This document shows, piece by piece, positions 16,911-28,386 of a stretch of DNA of 32,000 nt. The notes beneath the pieces were generated by a model. The model saw nothing but the letters and a program-made list of their open reading frames with translations, was not told the origin of the DNA and searched no databases. Origin of the DNA: Methanothermus fervidus DSM 2088 (GTDB taxonomy: Archaea > Methanobacteriota > Methanobacteria > DSM-2088 > Methanothermaceae). Every line of letters begins with the position of its first letter. Positions within the stretch are counted from its first letter, which is position 1. The stretch covers positions 1,211,343 through 1,243,342 of the forward strand of contig CP002278.1 in the NCBI GenBank assembly GCA_000166095.1, read 5' to 3'. Position numbers and translations under genes: made by a program.

Positions 16911-17924
16911 TCAACAAACTCTTGGTACTGGATCAGCAACAGGAGTTTCCAATATTCTTTTTCCACCCACAGAAGTCTTAAGTATTACATGTTTGTCGTC
17001 TGTTACTTCTCCTATTATTTCAGCGTCCTTACCATGTTTTGTTTTTTTCACAGCTTCCAAAACATCCTCTGCTAAATCTGATTCAACTCCTATAATTACT
17101 TTTCCTTCATTTGCTACTTCATATGGATCTATACCTAACATTTCTGAGGCTGCAACAACTTCTTCTTTTATAGGTATTTTGTTTTCATATATTAACATTC
17201 CAACTCCAGATTTGGATGCCATTTCATTCAATGCATTAGCTAATCCACCACGAGTTGGATCTTTCATGGCTTTGACTCCACCAACATTTAAAGCAGCTTC
17301 AACCACATCCCATACAGGTGCTACATCAGATTTTAAATTTGTTTCAAATCCAAATCCTTCACGATGAGCCATTATTGCCATGCCATGATCGCCAACAGTT
17401 CCACTTAATATAATCTTATCCCCTACTTCTAATCCAGAATCTGGTTTTATTTCACCATTTTTTGCAATTCCGATGCCGGTTGTCGTTATTATTATATCAT
17501 CAAATTTATTTTTCTCAATAACTTTAGTGTCTCCTGTGATTATTGAAATTCCTACTTCCTTACAAGTTTTATTCATTGATTTTATTATTCTCTTAAGGTC
17601 TTTTTTTGGAAATCCTTCAGATATAACTAGAGCACTAGCTATGGCAAGAGGTCTTGCACCCATCACAGCAAGATCATTCACAGTACCTGAAACAGCTAAT
17701 TTACCTATATCACCACCTGGAAAAAATATTGGATCTATTGTATGGCTGTCAGTAGTTACAACTATCTCACTTTTTCCTAATGGAATAGTGGCACCATCAT
17801 CTAACTCATCGAGCCCTATACCGCCATTAACATTTTTATTTTCTAAATTAGATAGTATTATCTCAGATATCATTTTTTGCATCATTTCTCCGCCTGCGCC
17901 CTCTGATAATTTTATTTTTTCCAT
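16911..17924 (-). CDS. hypE: [NiFe]-hydrogenase maturation protein HypE
   Basis: PurM-like fold motifs (DDGA, GDTKV, GDHG, KDPTRGG) and the diagnostic C-terminal PRVC. Confidence 0.93.
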   Translation of the reverse strand: MEKIKLSEGAGGEMMQKMISEIILSNLENKNVNGGIGLDELDDGATIPLGKSEIVVTTDSHTIDPIFFPGGDIGKLAVSGTVNDLAVMGARPLAIASALVISEGFPKKDLKRIIKSMNKTCKEVGISIITGDTKVIEKNKFDDIIITTTGIGIAKNGEIKPDSGLEVGDKIILSGTVGDHGMAIMAHREGFGFETNLKSDVAPVWDVVEAALNVGGVKAMKDPTRGGLANALNEMASKSGVGMLIYENKIPIKEEVVAASEMLGIDPYEVANEGKVIIGVESDLAEDVLEAVKKTKHGKDAEIIGEVTDDKHVILKTSVGGKRILETPVADPVPRVC

Positions 17925-17938
17925 TTTACATCACCATT

Positions 17939-18502
17939 TTATTGTAAATAACCTGTTATTATGGAAATTGGATTATTAGCTAACATCATGGTTCCCCTAT
18001 CTAAAATACGACCTTTGGAAATATTAACTTCGATTATCTCTGTTTTAAAGCCTAAATTTTGTAAGGTGTGCACAGCTTCAACTTTAGTCTCCAAAAGAAT
18101 CGCAGTTATAACTATCCTACCATTTTCTGTAAGTTTTTTACTGCCAATATTCAAAATTTCCTGTAATTTACCTCCACTTCCGCCTACTATCATTACATCA
18201 AAATTTTTTAAATTTTTTAAGACTTCTGTTGCTTCACCATGTATTATGTTTACTCTATCTAATAAACCTTGTTTTTTGAGGTTTTTACGAGTTAGATTTA
18301 TAGCTTTAATATTTTTGTCTATGGCATCAATTCTACCAGCCTTTTTTGCTAATTCTATGGTTATGGCCCCAGTACCACATCCAACTTCCACAACATAATC
18401 ATTTTTCTTAATTCGCGCCTTACATAAAACCAAACATCTAATTTCTTCTTTTGTTGGGCCTGGTACATCCTTACTCTTCAGTATCTCTTCATCACTTATC
18501 AA
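17939..18502 (-). CDS. cbiT: Cobalt-precorrin-6B C15-methyltransferase (decarboxylating) CbiT
   Basis: [17 protein letters not shown] and [19 protein letters not shown] motif; about 187 aa as for CbiT. Confidence 0.85.
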   Translation of the reverse strand: MISDEEILKSKDVPGPTKEEIRCLVLCKARIKKNDYVVEVGCGTGAITIELAKKAGRIDAIDKNIKAINLTRKNLKKQGLLDRVNIIHGEATEVLKNLKNFDVMIVGGSGGKLQEILNIGSKKLTENGRIVITAILLETKVEAVHTLQNLGFKTEIIEVNISKGRILDRGTMMLANNPISIITGYLQ

Positions 18503-19058
18503 GCATTACACCTTCCCAACGTTTAAACAAATCATGTTTTATTTCCAAAATATCTAAAATTTTCCCAACAATGAAATTGATAAGCTCATCAATGGTTTTT
18601 GGATTATGATAAAATGCTGGGGCTGCTGGAAGAATTATACCTCCTTCCTTACAAATTTTTAACATATTCTCAAGATGAACAAGTCGTAATGGTGTTTCAC
18701 GAGGTACAAGAATTAGTTTACGCTTTTCTTTCAATGCTACGTCTGCGGCCCGTGTTAATGCATTGTCTGTATATCCATGTGCAATGGCTGATAAAGTTTT
18801 CATTGTACATGGGATTATTACCATTGATTCAAATAAAAAAGATCCACTGTTTATTGGAGCTGTTAAATCTCTATATTCAAAATAATAATCACTTTTTTCT
18901 TTTAAATCATTTACAGACAATCCAAGTTCATATTTCAAAATTTTTTCTCCTATTTCACTTACTATTAAACCTGTTTCTTTACCAACCTTATTAAGCACTT
19001 CTAAAAGTTTTACAGCATATATGACCCCACTGGCACCTGTAATACCTACAATTATCAT
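18492..19058 (-). CDS. ubiX: Flavin prenyltransferase UbiX
   Basis: [52 protein letters not shown] and [10 protein letters not shown]. Confidence 0.9.
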   Translation of the reverse strand: MIIVGITGASGVIYAVKLLEVLNKVGKETGLIVSEIGEKILKYELGLSVNDLKEKSDYYFEYRDLTAPINSGSFLFESMVIIPCTMKTLSAIAHGYTDNALTRAADVALKEKRKLILVPRETPLRLVHLENMLKICKEGGIILPAAPAFYHNPKTIDELINFIVGKILDILEIKHDLFKRWEGVMLDK

Positions 19059-19063
19059 TCAAA

Positions 19064-20230
19064 TCACTCTAAATTGAAATAATCGTTTAATTCAAATTTT
19101 TTAAATTTACTAAGCTCTTCCTTAGGAACATATAAACATATTTCTGCATGATCAAATTTGGCGTTTTCTAATGCTTTCACTAATGTAGAAACATCTGATA
19201 AATATGCTATGTTATTATACTCATCTACAACTTGTATTTTTGTTTCATCAAGACGTGGATATTCTGGCATGCTTACTATCACATAATCTCTATTTTCAAC
19301 CTTCATATCCTCTGCAATCTCTTCTTCAATTTTTCTAATCTTTCTATCATCTATTTCAAAAACCTTCTCTGGTTTTGATAAATTTGCTAATTTTATAGAA
19401 GATGCAATTTTTAAAAGATTTCTACGATCTAATCTATCTATAATATCTTTTGCTATTCCATTCTTTTGTTTTCTGCAAATTGCAACAATATCAATATCAT
19501 CATACCTGTATATTTTCTTAGGATCAATAATACCATCAGATACTAACTTTTTTAAAGCTTTACCAAACATCGCATTTGCAATTCTTGTTGTATGATGTTG
19601 GTAAACAGTAGGATACATGAAATATCGTGCTAACAATGTTGATTCTGCAGCCTGAACTCCTTTTTTATCAAGAACTATATTTTTTTCAATCCTCATACTT
19701 GAAATAAGTCTTTCAATGTCAATTATTCCATATGCAACGCCCGTGTAATAGGAATCTCTAAGAAGATAATCCATTTTATCAACATCTAATTCACTGGATA
19801 GCATCTGCCCAAGAATGCCCTTACCTTTAATTACATCGGTTATTTCTTTTACTTGGAATTTTTCACGTAAAATGTCTGCTATAACTGATTTTTTAATTAC
19901 TTTCACTGTTAAATCCTCATGAGAATATCCTAATATATTTTCTGAAACATGAGAAAATGGACCATGACCTATATCATGAAGTAAGGCAGCTATACGAACA
20001 ATTTCTTTTTCTTCTTTACTTAAATTAAGACTTTCAGCTAATGAAGATGCAAGATACAAAGTTCCTATTGAATGTTCAAAACGGGAATGATTTGCTCCAG
20101 GATATACTAAGTAAGAAAAACCAAGTTGTTTCACTCTTCTAAGTCTTTGAACAGGGTATGTATCAATTATCTTAATTTCAAAATCATCTAATTTTAAATT
20201 TCCATGGATAGAATCTCTAATAAATTTCAT
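19064..20230 (-). CDS. HD-domain phosphohydrolase (COG1078, dGTPase/SAMHD1-like)
   Basis: NHSRFEHSIGTLYLA, AALLHDIGHGPFSH and DVDKMDYLLRDSYYTG. Confidence 0.85.
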   Translation of the reverse strand: MKFIRDSIHGNLKLDDFEIKIIDTYPVQRLRRVKQLGFSYLVYPGANHSRFEHSIGTLYLASSLAESLNLSKEEKEIVRIAALLHDIGHGPFSHVSENILGYSHEDLTVKVIKKSVIADILREKFQVKEITDVIKGKGILGQMLSSELDVDKMDYLLRDSYYTGVAYGIIDIERLISSMRIEKNIVLDKKGVQAAESTLLARYFMYPTVYQHHTTRIANAMFGKALKKLVSDGIIDPKKIYRYDDIDIVAICRKQKNGIAKDIIDRLDRRNLLKIASSIKLANLSKPEKVFEIDDRKIRKIEEEIAEDMKVENRDYVIVSMPEYPRLDETKIQVVDEYNNIAYLSDVSTLVKALENAKFDHAEICLYVPKEELSKFKKFELNDYFNLE

Positions 20231-20231
20231 T

Positions 20232-22878
<2,647 letters not shown>

Positions 22879-22880
22879 TT

Positions 22881-23432
22881 GTGAAAGAAATAAGTTTAAA
22901 TCTTGCATATAAACTTTTAGCACCACGACCTACAGTTATTGTTACAACAATAAGTAAGGATGGAATTGTCAATGCAGCACCATTCTCATTTACAATGCCT
23001 ATATCGATGGATCCACCTATTGTTGCATTCGCTTCAGTTCCAGAGCATGACACAACAAAAAATATAAAGGAAACTAAAGAATTTGTAATGAATCTTGTAC
23101 ATGAAGATATAATTGAGATGATGTGGATCACAGCTAAGAAATTTCCTAGAGATGTAAATGAGTTAGAGAAGGCTAATTTGACAGAAATAAAATCAAAAGT
23201 CGTCAGTCCTCCAAAAATAAAGGAATCGTTTGGGCATCTGGAATGTAAAGCTATTAAAATTGAAGAAATAGGAGATCATTGTTTAATAGTTGGAAAAGTA
23301 GTAAATGCGACTGTCAAGAAAAACTGCATTAAAGATGAATTGCTAAATGTTGAGAAAATTAAACCCGTACTTCATGTTGGTGGTAAGAAGTTTGTAATTG
23401 GAGACCATGTGAGGTTTATTCATGACATTTAA
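22881..23432 (+). CDS. Flavin reductase-like (FMN-binding split-barrel) protein
   Basis: LLAPRPTVIVTTISKDGIVNAAPFSFTMPISMDPPIVAFA is typical of the flavin reductase-like domain. GTG start. Confidence 0.8.
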   Translation: MKEISLNLAYKLLAPRPTVIVTTISKDGIVNAAPFSFTMPISMDPPIVAFASVPEHDTTKNIKETKEFVMNLVHEDIIEMMWITAKKFPRDVNELEKANLTEIKSKVVSPPKIKESFGHLECKAIKIEEIGDHCLIVGKVVNATVKKNCIKDELLNVEKIKPVLHVGGKKFVIGDHVRFIHDI

Positions 23433-23829
23433 AAAAATAATGATTGCAACTGATGGGTCAGAGAATGCTGAAAAAGCTGCAAAAGTAGGTATAGATTTAG
23501 CTAAGTCTGTAGGTGGAAAGGTAATAGCAGTATATGTGATGGATGAAAGACTCATGCAACCTTATGATGTGATGGAGGATGAAGGAAAAAATGCACTAAA
23601 GAGAATTCAGAAGATTGGTCGTAAGAAAAATGTAGTTGTGGATGAAATACTAATTTTAGGCAATCCTATTGAAGATTTACCTAAGATTGCCAATAAAGTA
23701 AATGCTGACATTGTAGTATTGGCATCGCAAAGTAAAGGCAAATTTGAGAGAATAATACTTGGAAGTACAACAAAAAGCATGTTAGAAAATTGTAATGTTC
23801 CTCTATTGATCACGCCGCAAAAATATTAA
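23422..23829 (+). CDS. Universal stress protein (UspA family)
   Basis: KKIMIATDGSENAEKA...ADIVVLASQSKGKFERIILGSTTKSMLENCNVPLLI. Confidence 0.88.
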   Translation: MTFKKIMIATDGSENAEKAAKVGIDLAKSVGGKVIAVYVMDERLMQPYDVMEDEGKNALKRIQKIGRKKNVVVDEILILGNPIEDLPKIANKVNADIVVLASQSKGKFERIILGSTTKSMLENCNVPLLITPQKY

Positions 23830-24635
23830 CGACTTTTCCTTACGTCCTCTACAGTATATGGAATGTTTTCTTTTTCAAGTTTTTCTAATACTCTTTCGCT
23901 CATTCTGCCAACTGCTAATATTAGACTACTTAAACCTCTGTTTGCAGCATGTATCGCACATTCTGGTGCCGCAAACTCAAAATCATATTTTATTCCTAAT
24001 TTGTTTGCAACTGCCCTTGCTATCGTCCCCATGATTCCAACTCTATCAAAAGATTTTTCCTCAATAATTTTTTTTATTTTTTCAAAATCACAAGCTTTTG
24101 ATCCACCTTCAAACATAGTGGGAAGAACAAGTATTGTTACTTCTCCTTTTGGAACATTAATTGTACCTTTTATATCCATAACAGCTACATCTTCTCCATC
24201 ATTAGCATTTGTTATAGCTTTAGCATATGCACCAGCCGCATTTGCTGGAGAATCTATCTTTTTTGCATACAAAACACCATTTTCTAGAAACAATTCAACA
24301 TAATCTCCTTTTTTTATTTTTCCTTTTGCAATTGCTGGCCATATGGTTTTATATTTTCTCATTACATCAAGTATATCATTTATATATTCTTTCATAGACA
24401 TTGCATATTTTCTTAATTTTTCAAGTCCTTTTTTTGTGAGTCTATATTCAGATCTTCTATGGCCATATTCTACATATCCTTCTTTAACCAAACTTTTAAT
24501 ATTTTCAGACACTGCTTGTACGGTTATTCCAATCTTTTTTGCTATGTCGCGTTGTCTCAAATGTGGTTGGCTTCTCGCTATTTCAGCAAGTATTTGAAAA
24601 CGTGTTAATTCTCCTTTTCCTTTAAAAATTTTCAT
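23826..24635 (-). CDS. Winged-helix transcriptional regulator with uncharacterised C-terminal domain
   Basis: N-terminal wHTH: LTRFQILAEIARSQPHLRQRDIAKKIGITVQAVSENIKSLVKEGYV. The C-terminal ~170 aa are unassigned. ATGA overlap with the upstream gene. Confidence 0.7.
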   Translation of the reverse strand: MKIFKGKGELTRFQILAEIARSQPHLRQRDIAKKIGITVQAVSENIKSLVKEGYVEYGHRRSEYRLTKKGLEKLRKYAMSMKEYINDILDVMRKYKTIWPAIAKGKIKKGDYVELFLENGVLYAKKIDSPANAAGAYAKAITNANDGEDVAVMDIKGTINVPKGEVTILVLPTMFEGGSKACDFEKIKKIIEEKSFDRVGIMGTIARAVANKLGIKYDFEFAAPECAIHAANRGLSSLILAVGRMSERVLEKLEKENIPYTVEDVRKSR

Positions 24636-25999
24636 ATAGGCACTCCTAATTTGTTATCTAAAATTTGATCAAACAAATCTATGAAATCTGCTTCCCTATC
24701 TTGAGGTATATATGCACCACAAGCTACGGCATGTCCTCCTCCATTTCCTCCAACTTTTTCAGATATTTTCTTTATGAGTTTACCAAAATGTATATTTTTA
24801 AAGTAAAATAATCTAGAGCAACGTAAAGACACTTTTACATAATTTTCATCTACATATGTAAGACCAAGTATTGGTTTCCTCCAATCACCATAAGACAATG
24901 CCAAATTAGCAACCGAACCAATTGCCTCAGGTTTTATATCATCTATGAAATATTGTAAATTTTTTTCTTGTGATATAGCATATCTCACAGATTTAACACT
25001 CTTTGCTAAATACCTTCTATGTTCTCTTAATATCTTTTCCAATTTCTTTAAAGTGTTCCCTCTTTCACCTTTTAAAATTTTAAGCGCTATATCAAACTTT
25101 TTATTTCTACTACATGCATTTATGGCAGTTGAAAATTCTGTTAGATCTCTTAACAATGAATATCTTTCTTCAGGTAAAAAATCATATACTTCTCCACTAA
25201 TAAGTTTTGGAAGATATTTTGAATATTTTCGTGGAACCTCTTTATTAAGCATTTTTATTAGTTCTATAAAAAGTTTTTTCTTTTCTTCTCCATTAAGATC
25301 AGATAGAGTCCTCCACTTTTCACCATCTTTACGAGGTATTTTCAATTTTTTAAGTAATAAAATACATTCTGTCTTATTATTAGTTATTGGCAGCTTAACA
25401 TCATTAAAATAAGATAATGCAATATGTATAGGCCTAGTTTGCCTACCATATATTGTAAGATCTTTAGAAACTTTTAATAACTTTAAACTGATACTATCAT
25501 TCAATATGTACCTATTTAATCCTCTAAGCTGACCAATGCTATTTTGCATATCTCCAATTGCAGATAATACCCCAATCCAGCTCAATTCCTTTAAATTAAA
25601 AGTTTTAGATAATAGATATGCTAAACCTCCCCCAGAAATTTCTGTTGACCCATCTATTCCATAAAACATGGGGTTTATTTCTATAAAATTTTTATCATCT
25701 TTTGGCTTACGAATCGGCGGATGATGATCTAGAATTAATATTTTACCTTTTTCTTCTAATTCTTGCCCAGAGCCCAAATCAGAAAAAATCGTGAGATCAG
25801 AATCCATGTCCACTCCATCAATTTCATCAATGTTAATAAATTCTATTTTATAATCTTTGCCTAATTCTTCCATTAAATAAGATAATATTGCACCTGCGCA
25901 TATTCCATCACAATCTATATGTGTGTATATGTTTACATTTTCTGCTTCTTCAATAACTTTTTTTGCATGTAGAAATTTATGAAGTAACTCAGATTTCAT
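24632..25999 (-). CDS. DHH/DHHA1 phosphoesterase, archaeal RecJ-like nuclease
   Basis: DHH motifs IYTHIDCDGICAG, FSDLGSG and ILILDHHPP; DHHA1 motif GGGHAVACGA near the C-terminus. Confidence 0.85.
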   Translation of the reverse strand: MKSELLHKFLHAKKVIEEAENVNIYTHIDCDGICAGAILSYLMEELGKDYKIEFINIDEIDGVDMDSDLTIFSDLGSGQELEEKGKILILDHHPPIRKPKDDKNFIEINPMFYGIDGSTEISGGGLAYLLSKTFNLKELSWIGVLSAIGDMQNSIGQLRGLNRYILNDSISLKLLKVSKDLTIYGRQTRPIHIALSYFNDVKLPITNNKTECILLLKKLKIPRKDGEKWRTLSDLNGEEKKKLFIELIKMLNKEVPRKYSKYLPKLISGEVYDFLPEERYSLLRDLTEFSTAINACSRNKKFDIALKILKGERGNTLKKLEKILREHRRYLAKSVKSVRYAISQEKNLQYFIDDIKPEAIGSVANLALSYGDWRKPILGLTYVDENYVKVSLRCSRLFYFKNIHFGKLIKKISEKVGGNGGGHAVACGAYIPQDREADFIDLFDQILDNKLGVPI

Positions 26000-26265
26000 C
26001 TCATCGCCTTAATCAACCTACTAATTTTTTTCATTATTTCTATTTTACTTTTAGTTTTTTTAATGCGCAACCTACCTTTTCTTTCCCACCAGCTTCTTGG
26101 ATAATATTTATTTTTTTCTATTTCTGGTTCAAGACCAAGTTTTTTGGCAGCTTCATACATTTCCTTAATTGTTGGATCCTTTACTGCGTCTTTTTTTGGA
26201 ATTTTACGACCTTCTTTACGTGTCTTCTTAGAATCTATGTTTGCTGGCCATATGACGGCTTCAAT
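25996..26265 (-). CDS. srp19: Signal recognition particle protein SRP19 (absent from the ORF track; non-canonical start)
   Basis: Hand translation of the minus strand gives (M)[88 protein letters not shown]. This matches the archaeal SRP19 pattern (IWP.YID...R.EGR..P, YPR.WW..GR). The stop overlaps the RecJ-like ATG as ATGA. The only upstream in-frame candidates are ATT 26265 (7 nt after GGAGG) or ATA 26253. Confidence 0.8.
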   Translation of the reverse strand: MEAVIWPANIDSKKTRKEGRKIPKKDAVKDPTIKEMYEAAKKLGLEPEIEKNKYYPRSWWERKGRLRIKKTKSKIEIMKKISRLIKAMR

Positions 26266-27049
26266 CTTCCATCCTCCTGAATTCCCTAAATATTTCTAAT
26301 ATCATTTCACGCACTGTATATTTATGAGGAATTATAGGTACTATCGCATATTCAAATAATGTATTAGCTGTTATGGGTCCTATTGCAGCAGCTAAAACCT
26401 TTTTACTAGATAAAACTTTTATGACTTCATCTTTTTTATTTCCTGCAACTTTAAATAAGTTTTTAACTGTTAATGGACTTGTAAAAGTTATTGCATCTAT
26501 TTCATTGTTTATTATTTTATTTATTAACTTTTTTATCTTGGAAACATCTTTAGGTAGAGTTGATTTATAAGCTTCTGCAACATAAACATTTGCTCCCATT
26601 TCTTCCAATGATTTAATCAATGTTTTTCTTGCTGCTTTAGTGCGCGGTATAGCAACGTTTTTATCTTTCATATCATAATTTTTGAGAGTTTCTATAAGAC
26701 TTTCAGTAACATATTCTGGTGGTTCAACATCTACTTTTAAGCCTTTTTCAATAACTGTTTTTTTTGTTTTTGGACCTATAACCGCTATTTTTGCATTTTT
26801 ATTTAATTTTTTAGGGAATTGAGGACAACATTCCAGAAGTGCATCCACTGCAAAAGGAGAAGTGAAAATTACCCAATCAAGTTTATCAGCAATTTTACAA
26901 ATTTTCATGAGTGATTCTGTACAAAGCTTTTTTAATTCTAAAGTAGGCACAACTAATGCCTTGCCACCATGCTTTTCAATAATATCAACAGCTTCCTGAG
27001 CTCTATCTTTAGGTCTAGTGACGGCAATAATTTTATTCTTCATCTCCAT
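26261..27049 (-). CDS. hemD: Uroporphyrinogen-III synthase HemD
   Basis: [13 protein letters not shown]...VVPTLEL and later FTSP repeats typical of the HemD two-domain fold. Coupled to cobA. Confidence 0.8.
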   Translation of the reverse strand: MEMKNKIIAVTRPKDRAQEAVDIIEKHGGKALVVPTLELKKLCTESLMKICKIADKLDWVIFTSPFAVDALLECCPQFPKKLNKNAKIAVIGPKTKKTVIEKGLKVDVEPPEYVTESLIETLKNYDMKDKNVAIPRTKAARKTLIKSLEEMGANVYVAEAYKSTLPKDVSKIKKLINKIINNEIDAITFTSPLTVKNLFKVAGNKKDEVIKVLSSKKVLAAAIGPITANTLFEYAIVPIIPHKYTVREMILEIFREFRRMED

Positions 27050-27767
27050 CCCATTCCTCCAAAATTATGTCCTCAAACATTTTAATAACTTCACCTACTA
27101 TTATTATTGCGGGGGGTTTAATATTATCTTTTTTGTAGATATTATCTATTGTACCTAGGATTATTCTTTGTTTAGGAGTTAATCCTTTCTCTATTACACA
27201 AACTGGAGTCTTTGGATCTCTATATTTCATTAATTTTTTCATGTTTTCTTTTAATTTTCCAACACCCATAAGTATAACTAATGTATCTGCTTTATAATCC
27301 CATTTAACATGTTTTTCATCTTTTTTAGGGTCTTCATGGCCTGTTACAACCGTAAAAGAACTTGAAACTTTACGATGTGTCAATGGTAATCCTATGGATG
27401 TAGGTACTCCTATGGCAGAGGTTATGCCAGGTATGATTTTAAAAGGAATATTTTCTTTCTTTAATTCAAGTATTTCTTCACCGCCTCTACCAAATACGAA
27501 AGGATCACCGCCTTTAAGCCTTACAACAACCTTTTTTTTCTTACCTTCTTCCACTAATATCCTATTTATCTCTTCTTGTGTTTTATAGTGTTTCCCAGAT
27601 TTTTTACCCACGTAAATTAGTTTTGCATCTTTTTTTGCATAATTAAGTATTTTTTTATTGACTAAACGGTCATAGATGATAACATCTGCCTTTTTTAGAA
27701 TTTCCAATGCTTTTAATGTTATAAGTTTTGGATCTCCAGGACCAGCTCCAACTAAATAAACAACCAT
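27033..27767 (-). CDS. cobA: Uroporphyrinogen-III C-methyltransferase (SUMT)
   Basis: [49 protein letters not shown] and PGITSAIG. Confidence 0.9.
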   Translation of the reverse strand: MVVYLVGAGPGDPKLITLKALEILKKADVIIYDRLVNKKILNYAKKDAKLIYVGKKSGKHYKTQEEINRILVEEGKKKKVVVRLKGGDPFVFGRGGEEILELKKENIPFKIIPGITSAIGVPTSIGLPLTHRKVSSSFTVVTGHEDPKKDEKHVKWDYKADTLVILMGVGKLKENMKKLMKYRDPKTPVCVIEKGLTPKQRIILGTIDNIYKKDNIKPPAIIIVGEVIKMFEDIILEEWDGDEE

Positions 27768-27813
27768 GAAATCACCAGGAAATGTTAAATATAAGAAAAG
27801 TTAAATATAACTA

Positions 27814-28386
27814 ATGAAAAGGGAGGTGAAAACAATCTCTATTCTCTTAAAAAATCGACATATAGTATTACTCTCCCTGTTAATTGTCGTGGCAATGTTT
27901 TTTGTAGGAGTTGTTAATGCAACAAACATGACTAACGACTCCATAAGAATCCCATCACAAACGAATATCGATCCTACTGTAAATATATATGGAACAGTTT
28001 ATAATGGTTCATCAAATTATGGATTGGAAAATTGTACCATAAAAATTTTTGATTCAGGAAACAATTTTATAACACAAACAGTGACAGGACCTCAAGGTTC
28101 TTATTATGTCAGTTTCAATAGTTCAGAAACAAGATTTTATGTGACAGCCCTCAAACCAGGTTATTTGTCCTACACTAGAGAAATAAACGTGACTTCTAAT
28201 GTAACTAATCCTGCTGACCCTAACCTTTATGGTATTGCAAATTTCAGATTATATCCTTTACCAGCTTACAGCGGAAATGCGTCAAGCTTTCTTTTGAACG
28301 TGGGTGCGATTCCAAATGGTTTTATTAAATTTACAAGCAGCAAGATCAAATGCATCAGTAAACAGCCAAGTACCTCCCTACAGTAA
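27814..28386 (+). CDS. Secreted surface protein, N-terminal part (signal peptide + carboxypeptidase-regulatory-like beta-sandwich); probably the 5' portion of a frameshifted larger gene
   Basis: Signal peptide MKREVKTISILLKNRHIVLLSLLIVVAMFFVGVVNA. CarboxypepD_reg-like IYGTVYN...CTIKIF...TQTVTGPQGSYYVSF...YVTALKPGYLSY. The last ~20 codons look non-native. Confidence 0.7.
   Translation: MKREVKTISILLKNRHIVLLSLLIVVAMFFVGVVNATNMTNDSIRIPSQTNIDPTVNIYGTVYNGSSNYGLENCTIKIFDSGNNFITQTVTGPQGSYYVSFNSSETRFYVTALKPGYLSYTREINVTSNVTNPADPNLYGIANFRLYPLPAYSGNASSFLLNVGAIPNGFIKFTSSKIKCISKQPSTSLQ

Noticed and set aside
19064-20230. SAMHD1/dGTPase-like HD protein considered as a dNTP-depletion antiviral defence gene
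   Set aside because: The COG1078-type HD phosphohydrolase is broadly conserved in archaea. Here it sits in a housekeeping string (ubiX, cbiT, moaE-like, nadM) with no defence-island context.
25963-26280. 105-aa plus-strand ORF filling the hemD/RecJ-like gap
   Set aside because: Its sequence is Phe-rich and implausible. The opposite strand encodes a clear SRP19 homologue, so this is the antisense shadow of srp19.
27822-27840. GGAGGTGA inside the 5' end of the surface protein ORF, considered as the real ribosome-binding site with a downstream start
   Set aside because: No ATG, GTG or TTG follows at a suitable distance. ATG 27814 yields a complete n-h-c signal peptide ending in VNA. This is kept only as a caveat in a low-interest finding.
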